Positions 36,588-50,554 are shown, counted from the first letter of the whole stretch. The stretch: 63,472 bases of DNA, filler included, from Circinaria calcarea (GCA_051942165.1; 10 parts of 10 records of this genome joined end to end with filler, not necessarily neighbours in it); one strand, 5' to 3'. The notes: a model not told the origin generated them from the sequence alone. Numbers and translations are program-made.

Positions 36588-37512
36588 GTAACAGCGCCAG
36601 GGATAAGAATTTCCATAAGCGAATCTATATTCAAATCTTCACTTCATGGCGTGATTGATGATCCTGACCCTCTCAGCCTATGGATTACCGCTAAGCAAGA
36701 ATGGAATACTGCTTCTATATGCCCTTCCAGGCCCGGCTAGTACAGCAACGGAAGGCCTCCGGAGCATCTGAGCTCTTGCCATCCCGAAATACAAGGAGAA
36801 ATGCATGCCTCGACCACCGCGATGAATGGCCAAATCGACAAGTCCACAGTCTCACTCAATACACCAAGCCTCCTTTTCAAGCAACATGTCGCATCGATTT
36901 GGACATTATACTGTATCAGGAAAGACCCGCTTGCTTGCTGGCGTTCCCTTTTCTCCGTTTCGTCGGACCGGACAACCCTACCCGAATAGTTTATCATGGG
37001 AATCTTATCGGCTAGCCCGGAGGAGGATATTATGGTGATTCTATCCCGCCAGCGCTACGGTAAAGGGTATAGATGTCGAAGCTGCACTTGTACGTTATAG
37101 GTGCTCGTTGTTGCCAATGGAAAGAATGAAACATTTACAACGGTGTGGAGCTTAGTCAGCACCTGCACTATTTAGTCTTCCCTCCCACCACTTAGATTTA
37201 GCATCACCCCAACCAATCAAGTTACCCTCCATAGAACAGGCACTCTCTCTCCATAGGATCATAACGGTCCAAGTGCTAGCAGCAGCGTCGAATCAGTCAA
37301 CAGGTACGGGGCACAGAAAATCAATCGAGGGAAAAGCCAGAGGATTGGATTTGAGTATTTGCATCATGTTGAAAGCGTAATAAACATCATGTCGTTACTC
37401 TATCATGATTCCGTGTAACAGTCCGTCAACGTAGAATACCGCGAGCCTGCCTGAAGGGCACGCAGAACGACGAGGGCATATTACTGACACTTGAGCAAAA
37501 GAGCAACTTCCA

Positions 37513-38067
37513 TCAGAAAGCTGTGCCAAAATCTTCCACGGGCGACCACTGCTCAATGCCCCAATGCCCAGTAGGGCATTGGGATTCCGGGTGATACATA
37601 GACATCAAAGGGGACACGAAGGCATGCCGACCTCTTACTGATGATTGGGGTGTACCGTATTGATGACAAGTGTCAAATGGGTTTTCGGATTCAAATGCCG
37701 TATTTACGGATAGAGTCTGTTTGCGTTTCCCTTTGGAATTTCGCGGTCCTCGTGCCAGATTCTCCATGCTCTGGCTTGCGACCTGACAGCCAAATGGAAT
37801 CTGGCCCCCCGGCTCTGATAAGCCCAGAGACAAGTGAGAACGACTGGCGCCTGCATTGTAGGGAAATGAGGAGAAAGCTTTCTGAGAAAAAGGGGTCCTG
37901 GCTTCATGCGGGCTTGGCGAAGATGGATTTGACATGTGATCAGGTTCAAGGTCTGGGATATGTGCCAAAGGTGGTATTGCCAAATCGTTACACTGAGCAC
38001 TTGCCGAGTCCCTCGACCAGCCCGAGGACGTATCAGACCACTTTGATTTCCAATGACCTAGAGAGCT
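37513..38067 (-). CDS. Hypothetical protein fragment (S/P-rich), start probably beyond the contig end
   Basis: Open frame of at least 156 aa; no motif recognised. Confidence 0.3.
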   Translation of the reverse strand, partial: SSLGHWKSKWSDTSSGWSRDSASAQCNDLAIPPLAHIPDLEPDHMSNPSSPSPHEARTPFSQKAFSSFPYNAGASRSHLSLGLSEPGGQIPFGCQVASQSMENLARGPRNSKGKRKQTLSVNTAFESENPFDTCHQYGTPQSSVRGRHAFVSPLMSMYHPESQCPTGHWGIEQWSPVEDFGTAF

Positions 38068-38214
38068 NNNNNNNNNNNNNNNNNNNNNNNNNNNNNNNNN
38101 NNNNNNNNNNNTTAATTAATTAANNNNNNNNNNNNNNNNNNNNNNNNNNNNNNNNNNNNNNNNNNNNATTTTTCCCTCCCCGCGCAACTTACCTAACCCT
38201 CATTCATTCTAAAG

Positions 38215-38987
38215 GCACAAACACCTACCTTGTCGGTACCGGGCCCACCCGCCTCCTCATCGACACCGGCCAAGGCTATCCGGAATGGACCAGCCGCCTC
38301 ACCAGCCTCCTGGCGTCGGAATCCTGCACCGTGAGCCACTGCCTCCTGACGCACTGGCACCCCGACCACGTCGACGGCGTCCCCGCCCTCCTGTCCCTCT
38401 GCCCCGATGCCCGCATCCACAAACACACGCCCTCTCCTTCCTCTTCATCTTCCTCTTCCTCTTCCGCCTCCGCCCCCCAATCCCCCATCGTCTCCGGCCA
38501 AGTCTTCCGAACCCAAGGCGCCACGCTCCGCGCGTTCCACTGCCCGGGCCACACGACCGATCACATGGTCTTTGTGCTGGAAGAAGAAGGCGCTCTGTTC
38601 ACGGGTGATAACGTGCTGGGCCACGGCACGGCCGTGTTTGAAGACTTGGCCGTGTACGTGCGGAGCCTGGAGGCGATGAGAGGGGAGGTAAGCGGGAGAG
38701 CGTACCCGGGGCATGGGGACTGCATCGCCGATGGGCGGGCGAGGATAGACGAGTATATCCGGCATCGGCGCATGCGGGAAGAGGAAGTGCTGGGGGTGTT
38801 GCGGGATTCCGGGGAGGCAAGGACGCCGATGGAGGTCGTGAAGGTGGTTTATAGGGCTGTACCGGAGGAGTTGCACGCACCGGCGGAAGGGGGTGTGGTG
38901 CAGGTACTGAGGAAATTGGAGGGAGAGGGTAAGGTAGGTAGAGGGGAGGAAGGGAGATGGGTTGTTTTGGAGAAAGCGACGTTGTAA
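38215..38987 (+). CDS. LACTB2-like metallo-beta-lactamase-fold hydrolase, 5' truncated
   Basis: GTNTYLVG, LIDTGQG, THWHPDH (HxHxDH), PGHTTDH, FTGDNVLG, YPGHG, C-terminal winged helix. Confidence 0.92.
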
Positions 38988-39308
38988 GGGATTAGGATAT
39001 CATAGGGGGGTTGGGATTATAATCCACCAGACGTATATCTTGTGCCTGGGATGGCACTTGACGAAGTCTTCAAAGCAAATTGCATGCTACGATCATTGAA
39101 AAATTTCCCGACGGTAAAAACGAAGGTGTATACCATTCAGAATCTTGGCTCTAAAGTTCAATGCTAACAAAACAACCGGCAGCTGTAGGTTGGATTTCAC
39201 CCGTAGGTATGCATGCTGAGAATTAATACACCCATTAGACAACGCCTTCAATCCTAGAATATACATTACGTGCTCTATTTGCCCACGGTACTCCCACAAT
39301 AATCACCC

Positions 39309-41109
39309 TCATGCGCCCAGTGTTAGACTCTCATCTAGGTGGTAATTGCCATCTTGTAGACCCTTCAACGCCATGATGCCCTCCTCTGTCAAGTCTGGTT
39401 TACCCACCGGAGTGACGCTACCTGTGAAGAATCTGGGCTTCCATTCTTCATTCTGCACTTTCCGTGAAGAGGCTTTCCCGCGTTGCCTTTCTTCCAATTC
39501 TTGCTTTAGTTTCGTTGCCTGATTGTATTGCTTGTTTAGAATCGCCTGTGTCACACCAGACCAAAACTTGCGACTCTCATTAGAAAGTTGGTCAACCTCA
39601 GGGGGGATTATCTTCGGAACTGGAAAGAGGGGGTTCAAGTCCACTAGTAGAAAAGATTCCTGGGCTTGAGTCAGTTACTGATTGATGATAGGTACTATAT
39701 GTCGATTTTTACCTTTGAGCCTGATAGAGTGTAGTATACTTTGTCATGCCAGCAGCCTTCTACCCGGGCCAAGACATCCTTTTCTGGGACGTCTTTTATC
39801 CTTGTCCGTTGATCTGTTTCTGGGTCACACTTGTAAATCACACCAAGCACCCTGTTTTGTGCCTTCCCGAGCCAACCTTCCTCTACATACTGTAGAATAA
39901 CCTTCAACCCCGATTTTTGACATGTCACAAAGCAGGTATCCGCCACCGTCACTGAAAGGTTACCGCGGAGTAAGCCGCCAAGATGAGCGGCCGGATGTGT
40001 TAATTGATACTCTTCGTTATCCCGACTATGCACGGTTATGAATATGCCAAGGTTGTGAGCGCCAGGTGTAACTCGAATGCTTGTTCCCGTGAACTTCGCG
40101 CTTAGCTGATCGAAGCCACGAGCGCTAATCCCTTTCTGTGGGCAAGACACGAAAAAGGCCGAGACTGGAGGATGATGCGACGTTTGTTCGGTAAGATAAG
40201 ATACCCTCACCGGCTGGCTCAATGTCTTTAGTCCATTTGGATCATTTGCCTTTTGTGCTTGTCCTAGTATCGGCGGTGCTGTGTCCTCGACTTCCCAGTT
40301 GCACTGTTTCATGTTCAGCGGGATCCTTCAATGGATATGCGAACCACTCACTCGGAAGAATTCCCCCAATGTAGAGTTGTAGGGTTTGCATGGCTTGCCT
40401 TTCACGTATTTCTGTAGAGTCATGCATCAGCCTGCTCCCATCGATATTCTGCCAGCATCGTACGAGGTCTTTAGTGAACCAGAACCTAAGAACGGCCAGC
40501 ATGCGCCCAAGTGCATCTTCTGAGTCGCCGATGCTGTGCAGGAGTGTCAATGGTGCGATCACATGTCAAGCCTTGACGGCTGACCTGATGAAAGTCTCCG
40601 GCCTATCCAGATAGTTCCAGTATTCTGCTCACACAATACCAGGTTAGCGAGAGGACTTCAAGGGAGTCCCAGGACATGCAGGCGGTCTAGACATTGCGCC
40701 CGTACCAAGGTTGGGAGTTGGCTCGAGAAGTTGAGCAGGTAGGGAAAATCTGACTGATGCGATATCTGACACGCCGATAAACCTATTAGAAAGTTGACAT
40801 TAGCTAATCTTGCCCTCCGAACCCCCTAGGCTGGATGGCTCCTGTTTCTGGTATCTATTGTCGGGAGTTTACACTCTGCTGGCTCTTGGTAAAGACAGGT
40901 CTCTGCGGTTCCCTTCCTACTTACTTTCTGAGGATACTGAGAAACGTCTTCAGCTTCGAGCTGTCATCCGGGGCTGGGTCGGTCACTGCGAGAGGTAAGG
41001 CCAGTGTTTCCGTCGATGCGGTAGAAGTTGCAGCCGAGCGAGGGGGTGACGGTTTCGTGACGGAGGAGCCTGAAGAAGATGAAGCCATGGCCAAAGGCGG
41101 GGATATCAT
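39309..41109 (-). CDS. Oxysterol-binding protein (Osh/ORP, short type), multi-exon
   Basis: KPCKPYNSTLGEFF and EQTSHHPPVSAF signature; ESRKFWSGVT; KQELEERQR. Confidence 0.93.
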
Positions 41110-41897
41110 ATGCTGGTGTATTAGTACATGGGAATAGCTGCAGCAGCAGCTCGAACTGCAGCAGCTTAGCGGCTCTGTCCCAAAGGGTCAGGCGAGGTGA
41201 CGTCGATCGTGATTAGATTACGCTAGTGCGACGACGGGGCTTTCTTCTCGACTCTCACCAACCGCGAAGACCACAATGAGCACCACTCGAGAACTACTTG
41301 CAAAGTCATGTACACTCTATGCCTGACCCTTAGCTTCACCCTGTTACACCATGGGCATCTTTGATCCAGCTCAGATGATGCACTCTAATATGCAGTCTTT
41401 CCACACTCCCTAAAGACGGTGCTCCCTTAAGGTCATGCCAATCTCTTGGAGTCCTGCTGTATCCCATGAATGACCAGCCATGGACGAGAGGACTGAAGTA
41501 TTACAGGACTGGTTGCGCATTCTCCGGTTAGATTGCCATGTCCTCGTGGAAGACGATACTAAAAAGCCTTCATGCATTACCTTGTGTGTCGGCTCGAGGA
41601 CTCCTAGGATTCAGCCATTCGGGAAGATGGGGAGCACAATAATCCAACATAACGACTTGGGTCCTTTTCCAAACGTATGCTGGTTCTTCAGCTATCGCAA
41701 CGGTCTCTGTCTCCTTTTCGTTTGATATATTGCGCGACGAAGAATTCATGATGGATGAATATGGAGCCCAGTGAATCACGCTTTCGATGTGTTCCATCCT
41801 TTCTGCGAGAATCCTGAAATATCATTTGTCCTGGTAAGGCCAAAAGAATTGGTTTCAAGTGCTTGAGTTTTCATCCCCATGTCAAGGCCAGGCCATC

Positions 41898-41983
41898 GGC
41901 CAAGAATATCAAGACCTCCATGTCATCTTGAGGCCTTTGGCCAAGAATATCAAGACCTCCATGTCATCTTGAGGCCTTTGGCC
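41898..41983. repeat. Perfect 41-bp tandem duplication
   Basis: GGCCAAGAATATCAAGACCTCCATGTCATCTTGAGGCCTTT twice, followed by GGCC. Confidence 0.9.
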
Positions 41984-43620
41984 CAAATTGGTTTCAGCCC
42001 CATAAAGTCCAGCCAGTCGACACATCTTTGATATTATTCAGAATTCAGAGCCTGGAAGGCCTCCTAAGAATTGGCTCTGACGATCAACATGGCGCAGGGG
42101 CGGTGCTTTCAACAGTATAAGTATGCAAGATCTCATGAACTCGGCTAACCTTCTGATCGCAACCTAGCACTCGGCACAGTTGTTACCTGAGGATTAGAAA
42201 GCAATTGTCATGGCTTTCCGAATCAGAAGAATACCGGTTTGGCACATATATGGATATATTCTCCTTTTTAAAGCCGAAGAATATTATTACGCTGCCCTAG
42301 GATTAAAGGATTGAAATCAAGCTGATCCGACGCGAAGAATAAGCAAGATTATCATAGTCTTTGGGGCTACCGGTCAACCAGGGAGCAGCTTAATAGATTA
42401 TGTTCCTAAAAAAAACCCCCCCCGAGCTTTCAAAGACTTACACGGTTCGCCCTGCTGTGATGAAAATACTGAAATATAATACCGGGCTAATCAAACATCA
42501 TTCGTATTATGGCCAACCGGGATGGAAGACCTAAACTAGACTAGATCAGGTGGAGGAAAGGCTTGATTTGAGGATGTCTAGGTTGGCTGGGAGCCATAGG
42601 GATCTCGAAATAACGAGCTTTTCATGAAGCATGTCATCAGCTGAGAAGGGAAAGTAATTTCGATTAGCTTTTGAAATGATAGAAGCCCGCTGTGGGAGGC
42701 CTGCAGGGCCTGGCAGATCAAGCACAATGGTGGTCAATGCATGTAAACAGGAACTAATCCAACGACATGGTATTTATCAAGTATCTTAGATCAGATTAGC
42801 CAGGGAGCTTTACACTGTACATATGTTTATCGCAATGTATTTTCCACCTTTCGCCGAGCTGTTGTTTCTACCAATCATTATCCTGAGGTATTATCATGCT
42901 GCTTTAAGAAAGGTCATTCCAAACTCCGCTGTGTCGCACAACCGGTAACCACAGAGTATATATATGAACATCATCAACGAAACACTGCTGCCAGTAGAAG
43001 TCAATTTCGAGTTTCCAGTGTCGGCCACACTCTTTCCCTAACTGCCACGTCACCCCCTCACGGAGACTCCAGCTGTCAGCGCGAATACACAATATGTAGG
43101 TACACTACTTCTAGCCTCCTAGATCCGGCTTGACCGGACCCAAGACAACGATATGTCGAGTAATGTAGGTGTAATTCTCATTAATGTCATCCTCGCCCAA
43201 CCGCTACGTGCTTAGCTCGTCAATCATATTGTCTGCAAAGTTCAAACATGTAGCGTTGCTATGCCACGCCGTTTACGGAGTAACCCTTTACGTTTTCGTT
43301 TTTCGCCTTTTCAACCGCAGGGGAGGCCCCTTTTCTTGTTTTGATTCGTCAATACTACTCCTTAGCCTGACTGGGATACACTCCACCCCCCATAGCAATC
43401 TCGCAACCCGCCAGGAACACGCTGGCTGTTGGTTGCAATGGTTGGGTTCAACAATTTAGCGTAATCCAGTATGGGGAATATAATATGGACTGGCACCCTC
43501 TGCGCGCGCAGTTTTGATTCTGCAATCGTCTTCACTCCTTCAGACGCTTGATTTTCGTGCAGAATATTCATTACAGAATATACGCGCAGAACAAACACAG
43601 TCACTCTTTTAGATATCAAA

Positions 43621-44394
43621 ATGAAGCTCTTCACTCTTTTATCTGTTTCGCTTTCCTTTACTTCTTTGGTTTTGGCCAGCAGATCCCACAGCATCCGCCA
43701 TCGCAACCTTCACAAGGAACTTGCCAAAAAGGACTTGCCGGAGTGCAAAACCCCCAACTATCCCCCTCCGACCTACACCAGTGGCGATGATGACGACCAT
43801 GAAAGTCCCGGCATCCTTCTGGTCAACAAATCACCCGACACCACCTCCTATTACTTTTACGACAACTTCTGGAACGGTGAAGGGGCAGCTGGCGCAAACT
43901 TCGATTGCCCCAATACATATATCACCATGACTCCAGGTGAGGTCGCGTTCGTCAGCCTTCCCGTGAGCTTCAAGGGTCGTGTTCAGCGCGGCACCGACAG
44001 CATTCACGCCACATGGGCCGAGTTTCAACTTCGAGCCGATTCTTCAGCAGACCCTCTCTACAATGATTATTTAGCCCATGGGGATATTAGTCTCCAACAG
44101 GGCTGTGATGGCGCCGCAACAATCTCTTCGAGCAAGCCGTACAAAGGGAAAATGCTCATCAACGGATTCACGGACGACGTTGTGACCGGTGCACCAGATG
44201 CCGCGATCCGCAACAAATCAGATGGGACGAGAGCGCTAGCATCGACCGAAGGGAACTGGGAGACGCCGAAGAACAGAGCAGCAATTGATTGGTTGCAATC
44301 AAAGGCGCTCCAGGGCAAGGTGTACATTGAGGGAGGCACCGGCGTTGCTGACGTGGGAAGTGGAGACAACAGACTCTGGGTTGTGTTTTACTGA
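43621..44394 (+). CDS. Secreted protein, 257 aa, intronless; possibly thaumatin/osmotin-like beta-sandwich
   Basis: Signal peptide MKLFTLLSVSLSFTSLVLA; basic propeptide; FKGRVQRG...ATWAEFQL...GDISLQQGCDG. The fold guess is weak. Confidence 0.7.
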   Translation: MKLFTLLSVSLSFTSLVLASRSHSIRHRNLHKELAKKDLPECKTPNYPPPTYTSGDDDDHESPGILLVNKSPDTTSYYFYDNFWNGEGAAGANFDCPNTYITMTPGEVAFVSLPVSFKGRVQRGTDSIHATWAEFQLRADSSADPLYNDYLAHGDISLQQGCDGAATISSSKPYKGKMLINGFTDDVVTGAPDAAIRNKSDGTRALASTEGNWETPKNRAAIDWLQSKALQGKVYIEGGTGVADVGSGDNRLWVVFY

Positions 44395-44520
44395 ACATTT
44401 CTTCACTTGTGTCTCTTGGCNNNNNNNNNNNNNNNNNNNNNNNNNNNNNNNNNNNNNNNNNNNNTTAATTAATTAANNNNNNNNNNNNNNNNNNNNNNNN
44501 NNNNNNNNNNNNNNNNNNNN

Positions 44521-44738
44521 CAATCGTCTCAGCTTCGACTCATCGTTGAAGAGGGAGGATGGGCACCTTTGATAACATGCGAGCCCAACTGTATAGCACT
44601 CAAGCTAGACAGCGATCTAGGGCAAGCAAAGTCAGCACGGGCAAGTATACGCTTGAGTGGAATGAAGTTCTACCCCTGGAAACCGCCAATAGGCGTCCGT
44701 ACTGCGGACACAATGTAGACGGGAGGTAGAGATTCCAT
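44521..44738 (-). CDS. ERG10: Acetyl-CoA C-acetyltransferase (thiolase II), copy A, first two exons
   Basis: MESLPPVYIVSAVRTPIGGFQG, intron, SLSSLSAIQLGSHVIK: a thiolase N-terminus with the RTPIG motif. Too short for the ORF track. Confidence 0.85.
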
Positions 44739-47700
44739 GGCGTATTCGATTTGTTTCGATTCCCGCCTCAAAGCAATCAAGCTCCGCCGTGCCTAGCGAG
44801 GGAGGTTTTAGACACAGCAGTGGGGGCAACACCTTTTTCTGTTTCCTCGAGCTAGAAGTAAGCAAAGAGTAAGCAAAGCCTTACAGATTCACGGAGCGGC
44901 GCAGGATAAATTCCGTGCGCCCGCGCCGCTCGGGGCCTTTACCGGTACCATCCGGCAGTACCTTGCATAAAGCCGAGCTTAGCCATTTCGGGTAGGTGAC
45001 CGTCGGTTTTACACACTTCCCACTTCCCAAGCCTCTTAATCCTCCAAGTCCCTCGCATTTACCATGATACCATCATCCCACTCTCATCCCGCGCTACTGC
45101 TGTGGAGACATCGCACGGTGGTCAATCCGCCAATCTTGGATCCTGCTGGCGGTGTTTGCTCGTACGTAAGTCTTACTCTCTACTTTCGCCTCGAGTGGTG
45201 CCTTCCATCAGAGTCAGCATTGTTTCAAGACGTACAAGACTACCAGTCAGGCCAATGGTCTGAGAGCCCTCGATCGGGACTTCAACGCCGAAGACTTTGC
45301 CAAGTGTTCCCCGCAATTTATTGGTCTACGGTCCTAATCATCTTCTCTATTTTCGTATTCCTTGTTCATGCTCTAAGATACCGGGATAAAGCTATAAAGT
45401 TGCATGGCAGATTATGCAACTGCTGTGAAATCAGGGGAGAGTATCTCCATGCTTGGATATTTTATTGGTTACCCTGCACCGCGAAGTAAGCCAATGACTT
45501 GGGAGACCCCCAGACTAGTTCCATTTTGAGCAAAATATAGTTGTCAGTACTAAAAAGGTATTTGTCTCTCCTCTCACATTTCGATACATACTGTCAGAGA
45601 GTCCGTATCTGCTCCAGAGTGTGGACTCAAGTTAATGCACGGAGGCAATTTGATAATCGAACAATGTTTGACAATTCATCGCCAGCACATGAGAATTCAA
45701 AAAGTGTCATCGGTAACTTCCGAGCTGGTGCGGGCCTTGAGGGTGAACTACAGTTGTATTTGGACTTATCCTTTTCGAATGTTGTGGGTTGCCCATGAGG
45801 AAGATCGATCGGCTTCGAGCGAGACAGTCAAGGTCTCCTTGTCGAAACCAGGATTCATTTACGGTCTAGGGAGCTTCCCGCAAACGGCTACATCGTCAAG
45901 TTCTACGTTAGTGTATATCGGATAGCTCTACTTCCAAATTGCAGGATGCAACCATTTCGCCAGCAGGATCTCGTTTGACCTATCCTCATAAGCGCTTTAT
46001 GACTTTATACTGCGTTCGCCGCTGCCTCCGTCCAACCCGTTCGCTTCATGAATCACAACTTGAGGGCGATATGACTCCGGCCAAGAATCAAATCGTGTTT
46101 CAATAGTCCTGCAATCTTTAAGACCGCCCGGGTGGCAGGAAGCAATGAGAGCTCGGCAGCATGTGAAAGCATGTCCAAGGGCCACGTGATCTACCATGCC
46201 TCGGCTAGAGAAACACCTGCCGTGATGGAGCAGAGCGCTACGAATTGGCTTGACTTATGTCAAACGACGTTCATTAGATACCGGTTAGAGCTCTTAGCTA
46301 CCTTAGTTCCACTTCCAAGGACTTCGTATTCTCGACTCGAGACGAGATTTAAAAATATTAAGAGTCCTCGGATTTTAATCGGGGCCGAAACAGTAAACGT
46401 GGGAAACGAGCATTTGACATCTAGTGCTGTCTGTTGGTTGCAGACCGGGTTCCATGTGGATAAAGCCCCTTGAGTAAAACAGATTTGCTCTTGATGCTGG
46501 CCTGATCGTAAAACATCCTATGCGTGTTAGATCCAACGGAATCAGCGCCCCGGAATCCTTCGCGGCTCAGATTTGGGGGCTTCCGAGTCGGTATCTCATG
46601 CAGGAGAGAAAGAAGCCCATGCATGATTGACATGAGGCGATCTCCCGCATGGTCACAGGGCAAAAGGGCAGATAGGAAACAATCCGACTCGCAATAGTAT
46701 CAGATGATGAAAAGGGTGGGCACTAAACGATGGCGTCCTTGTCGCATGAACCCCGGTGATGGCTGTTGGTACCATGATCCAGTGCAGCAAATGGCGTTTC
46801 TTTTCTTTTCTTTGGAATGGACCAACTGTCAGTAGATGGAACTGTTTTGCAGTTACCATCCATCCAATTCCAAGTCTCGACTACAACAGCACCAATCATT
46901 GCAACGTAGGATTTTCCTTTCTCACCACATCATCGTCATCGTCATCATTGTCGCTCTCGTCCATTTTTAGCGCAGCACCCCCGAGTTGATGCTATCGCCA
47001 CATTATTACGGGGGTACGGTGGAGATTACAAATGGGGACGATCGACCCCAAGTTTCGCCTTCTGGATCGCCTTCTGGAAAACTGCCAGCTGCAGTGTCCG
47101 TAGCCCTCAAAAACCCCAAACCAATCAGAAGATTGAAAGGGGTGGTTGCGATCCTGAGCCAGGGCATGGGGCAATCAGCGGCATCTAATGCCCAGTCGTC
47201 GTACAGGATCACTTGTCGGCCGTTGTAAGTGGTGGGGGGGGGGACGAAAGGGTTGCACACTCCCTGCCATTCCCATGCCTGAATTTCTCTGGATGGCTTT
47301 GGCAAATCGTCGCACCATAAGACCACATTTCGACCTTTTCCACCTAGTTCCTAACGTACGGAATTTCGTCTTCCTGAGGCTTTCCATCCATCAATCTAAA
47401 CAACCGACGCAATCCGATCATTACCTTGGCTTGCCATGCGTTGGCCCTTTTGCCGAGCGACGACGTTCAACGGCTGTGAGCGGCCACCGGTTTTAGCCCT
47501 TGACCTTTGGAACGGCAGGAACTAAATTAGGTCGCCGCAGAGGGGGATCAATGTGATAGTCCATGCACCCACACGCACAACTACAAACTGGGGGCTTCCC
47601 AAGTCCCAGGGTTCCTTAACTGTCCGTCGCTCAGGTTGGGGGTAGCTCAAGTCTGGCGGGATTGACGGTGGGCGCTCAGAACCGGTACGGGCACGGGGCA

Positions 47701-50554
47701 ATGCGAATGATAAAAATAAAGATGATCCCATCACCACAAGCACGGCACACATCTACAGGAAGGGAGATATCTCAAGGGCGGTGCAATATGCTGATCCCGG
47801 TCGAGGACGGGTCTCGACGGTGGCTGATGATAAGACTTGAGTGCGAAGGTGCGAAACGAGCCGTCAGCGTGTCGTGCATTGGTCTCTTTTGCCTTCCCAT
47901 CATTCGCCCTTAAGCTAACTTCGCCTTCTTGTCCCTCGTCGCTTACCATACCCTTCCGAGGCTGTCGTCGCTCGGCAAAAGGTCAACGCATGGCAAGGCA
48001 AGGTAATGATCGGATTGCGTCGGTTGTTCAGATTAACGGATGGAAAGTCCCCAGGAAGACGAAATTCCGTACGTTAGGAACTGGGTGGAAGAGGTCGAAA
48101 TGTGGATCTTATGGTGCGACGATTTGCCAAAGTCATCCAGAGAAATTCAGGCATGGGATGGCAGGGAGTGTGCAACCCTTTCGTCCCCCCACCACTTACA
48201 ACGGCCGACAAGTGATCCTGTACGACGACTGGGCATTAGATGCCGCTGATTGCCCCATCCCCTGGCTCAGGATCCCACCACCCCTTTCAATCTTCTGATT
48301 GGTTTGGGGTTTTCGAGGGCTACCGACACTGCAGCTGGCAGTCTTCCAGAAGGCAATCCAGAAGGCGAACTTGGGGTTGATCGTCCCCCATTTGTAATCT
48401 CCACCGTACCCCCGTAATAATGTGGCGACAGCATCAACTCGGGGGTGCTGCGCTAAAATGGACGAGAGCGACGATGATGACGATGATGATGATGTGGTGA
48501 AAAAGGAAAATCCTACGTTGCAATGATTGGTGCTGTTGTATTCGAGACTGGGAATTGGATGGATGGTAACTGCCAAACAGCCCATCTACTGACAGTTGGT
48601 CCATTCCAAAGAAAAGAAAAGAAACGCCATTTGCTGCACTGGATCATGGTACCAACAGCCATCACCGGGATTCATGCAGCCCCTCGACAAGGACGCCATC
48701 ATTTAGTGCCCACCTTCTTCATCATCTGATACTATTGCGAGTCGGATTGTTTCCCATCGGCCCTTTTGCCCTGTGACCATGCGGGAGATCGCCTCATGTC
48801 AATCATGCATGGCCTTCTTCTCTCCTGCATGAGATACCGACTCAGAAGCCCCCAAATCTGAGCCGCGAAGGATTCCGGGGCGCTGATTCCGTTGGATCTA
48901 ACACGCATAGGATGTTTTACGATCAGGCCGGTTACTCAAGGGGCTCTATCCACCTGGAACCCGGTCTGCAACCAACAGACTGCACTAGATGTCAATACTC
49001 GTTTCCCACGTTTACTGTTTCGGCCCCGAGTAAAATCAGAGGACTCTTTATATTTTTAAATCTCGTCTCGAGTCAAGAATACGAAGTCCTTGGAAGTGAA
49101 ACTAAGGTGGCTAAGAGCTCTAACCGGGATCTAATGAACGTCGTTTGACATAAGTCAAGCCAATTCGTAGCGCTCTGCTCCATCACGGCAGGTGCTTCTC
49201 TAGCCGAGGCATGGTAGATCACGTGGCCCTCGGACATGCTTCACATGCTGCCGAGCTCTCATTGCTTCCTGCCCTTAAGTTGTGATTCATGAAGCGAACG
49301 GGTTGGACGGAGGCAGCGGCGAACGCAGTATAAAGTCGTACAGCGCTTATGAGGAGAGGTTAAACGAAATCCTGGTGTCTTGGCTGGCGGAATGGTTGCA
49401 TCCTACAATTTGGAAGTACTGCGTAGAGCTATCCGATATACACTAATGTAGAACTTGACGATGTAGCCGTTTGCGGGAAGCTCCCTGGACCGTAAATGAA
49501 TCCTGGTTTCGACAAGGAAACCTTGACTGTCTCGCTCGAAGCCGATCGATCTTCCTCATGGGCAACCCACAACATTCGAAAAGGAGAAGTCCAAACACAA
49601 ATGTAGTTCATCCTCAAGGCCCACGCCAGCTCGGAAGCTACCGATGACCCTTTTTGAATTCTCATGTGCTGGTGATGAATTGTCAAACATTGTTGGATTA
49701 TCAAATTGCCTCCGTGCATTAAATTGAACGCCACACTGTGGAGCAGATACGCACTCTTTGACAGTATGTATCAAAATGTGAGAGGAGAGACAAATAACCT
49801 TTCAGTACTACAACTATATTTTGCTCAAAATGGAACTAGTCTGGGGGGCCCCCCAAGTCATTGGCTTACTTCGCGGTGCAGGGTAACCAATAAAATATCC
49901 AAGCATGAAGATAATCTCCCCTGATCTCACCGCAGTGCATAATCTGCCATGCAACTTTATAGCTTTATCCCGGTATCTTGGAGCATGAACAAGGAGTACG
50001 AAAATAGAGAAGATGATTAGGACGGCAGACCAATAAATTGCGGGGAACACTTGGCAAAGTCTTCGGCGTTGAAGTCCCGATCGAGGGCTCTCAGACCATT
50101 AGCCTGAGTGGTAATCTTGTACGTCTTTAAACAATGCTGACTCTGATGGACGCTACCACTCGAATCGAAAGTAGAGAGTGAGACTTACGTAAGAGGATCC
50201 AAGATTGGCGGATTGACCACCGTGCTATGGCTCCACAGCAGTAGCGCGGGATGAGAGCGGGATGATGGTAAATGCGAGGGACTTGGAGGAAGGATTAAGC
50301 GGCTTGGGGAGTGTGTAAAGGAAGTAAAACCGGACAGGTCACCTACCCGAAATGGCTAAGCTCGGCTTTATGCAAGGTACCGCCGTACGGTACCGATAAA
50401 GGTCCCGAGCGGCGCGGGCGCACGGAATTTATTCTGCGCCGCTCCGTGAATCCGTAAGGCTTTACTTACTTTTAGCTCCGTCTAAAATCTCCCTCGCTGG
50501 GCACGGCGGAGCTTGATTACTTTGAGGCGGGAATCGAAACAAATCGAATACGCC

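Noticed and set aside
38215..38987. Metallo-beta-lactamase as an antibiotic-resistance gene or a PKS-releasing thioesterase
   Set aside because: Motifs fit the LACTB2 family, the neighbour is a housekeeping Osh gene, and no PKS is visible on this contig.
44739..50554. Short ORFs appearing twice in the palindrome arms (45064-45489, 45635-45925, 47006-47326 and their mirrors)
   Set aside because: They recur only because the DNA is duplicated; frames are broken differently by indels in each arm and no motif is recognisable. A decayed gene near 46650-47390 cannot be excluded.
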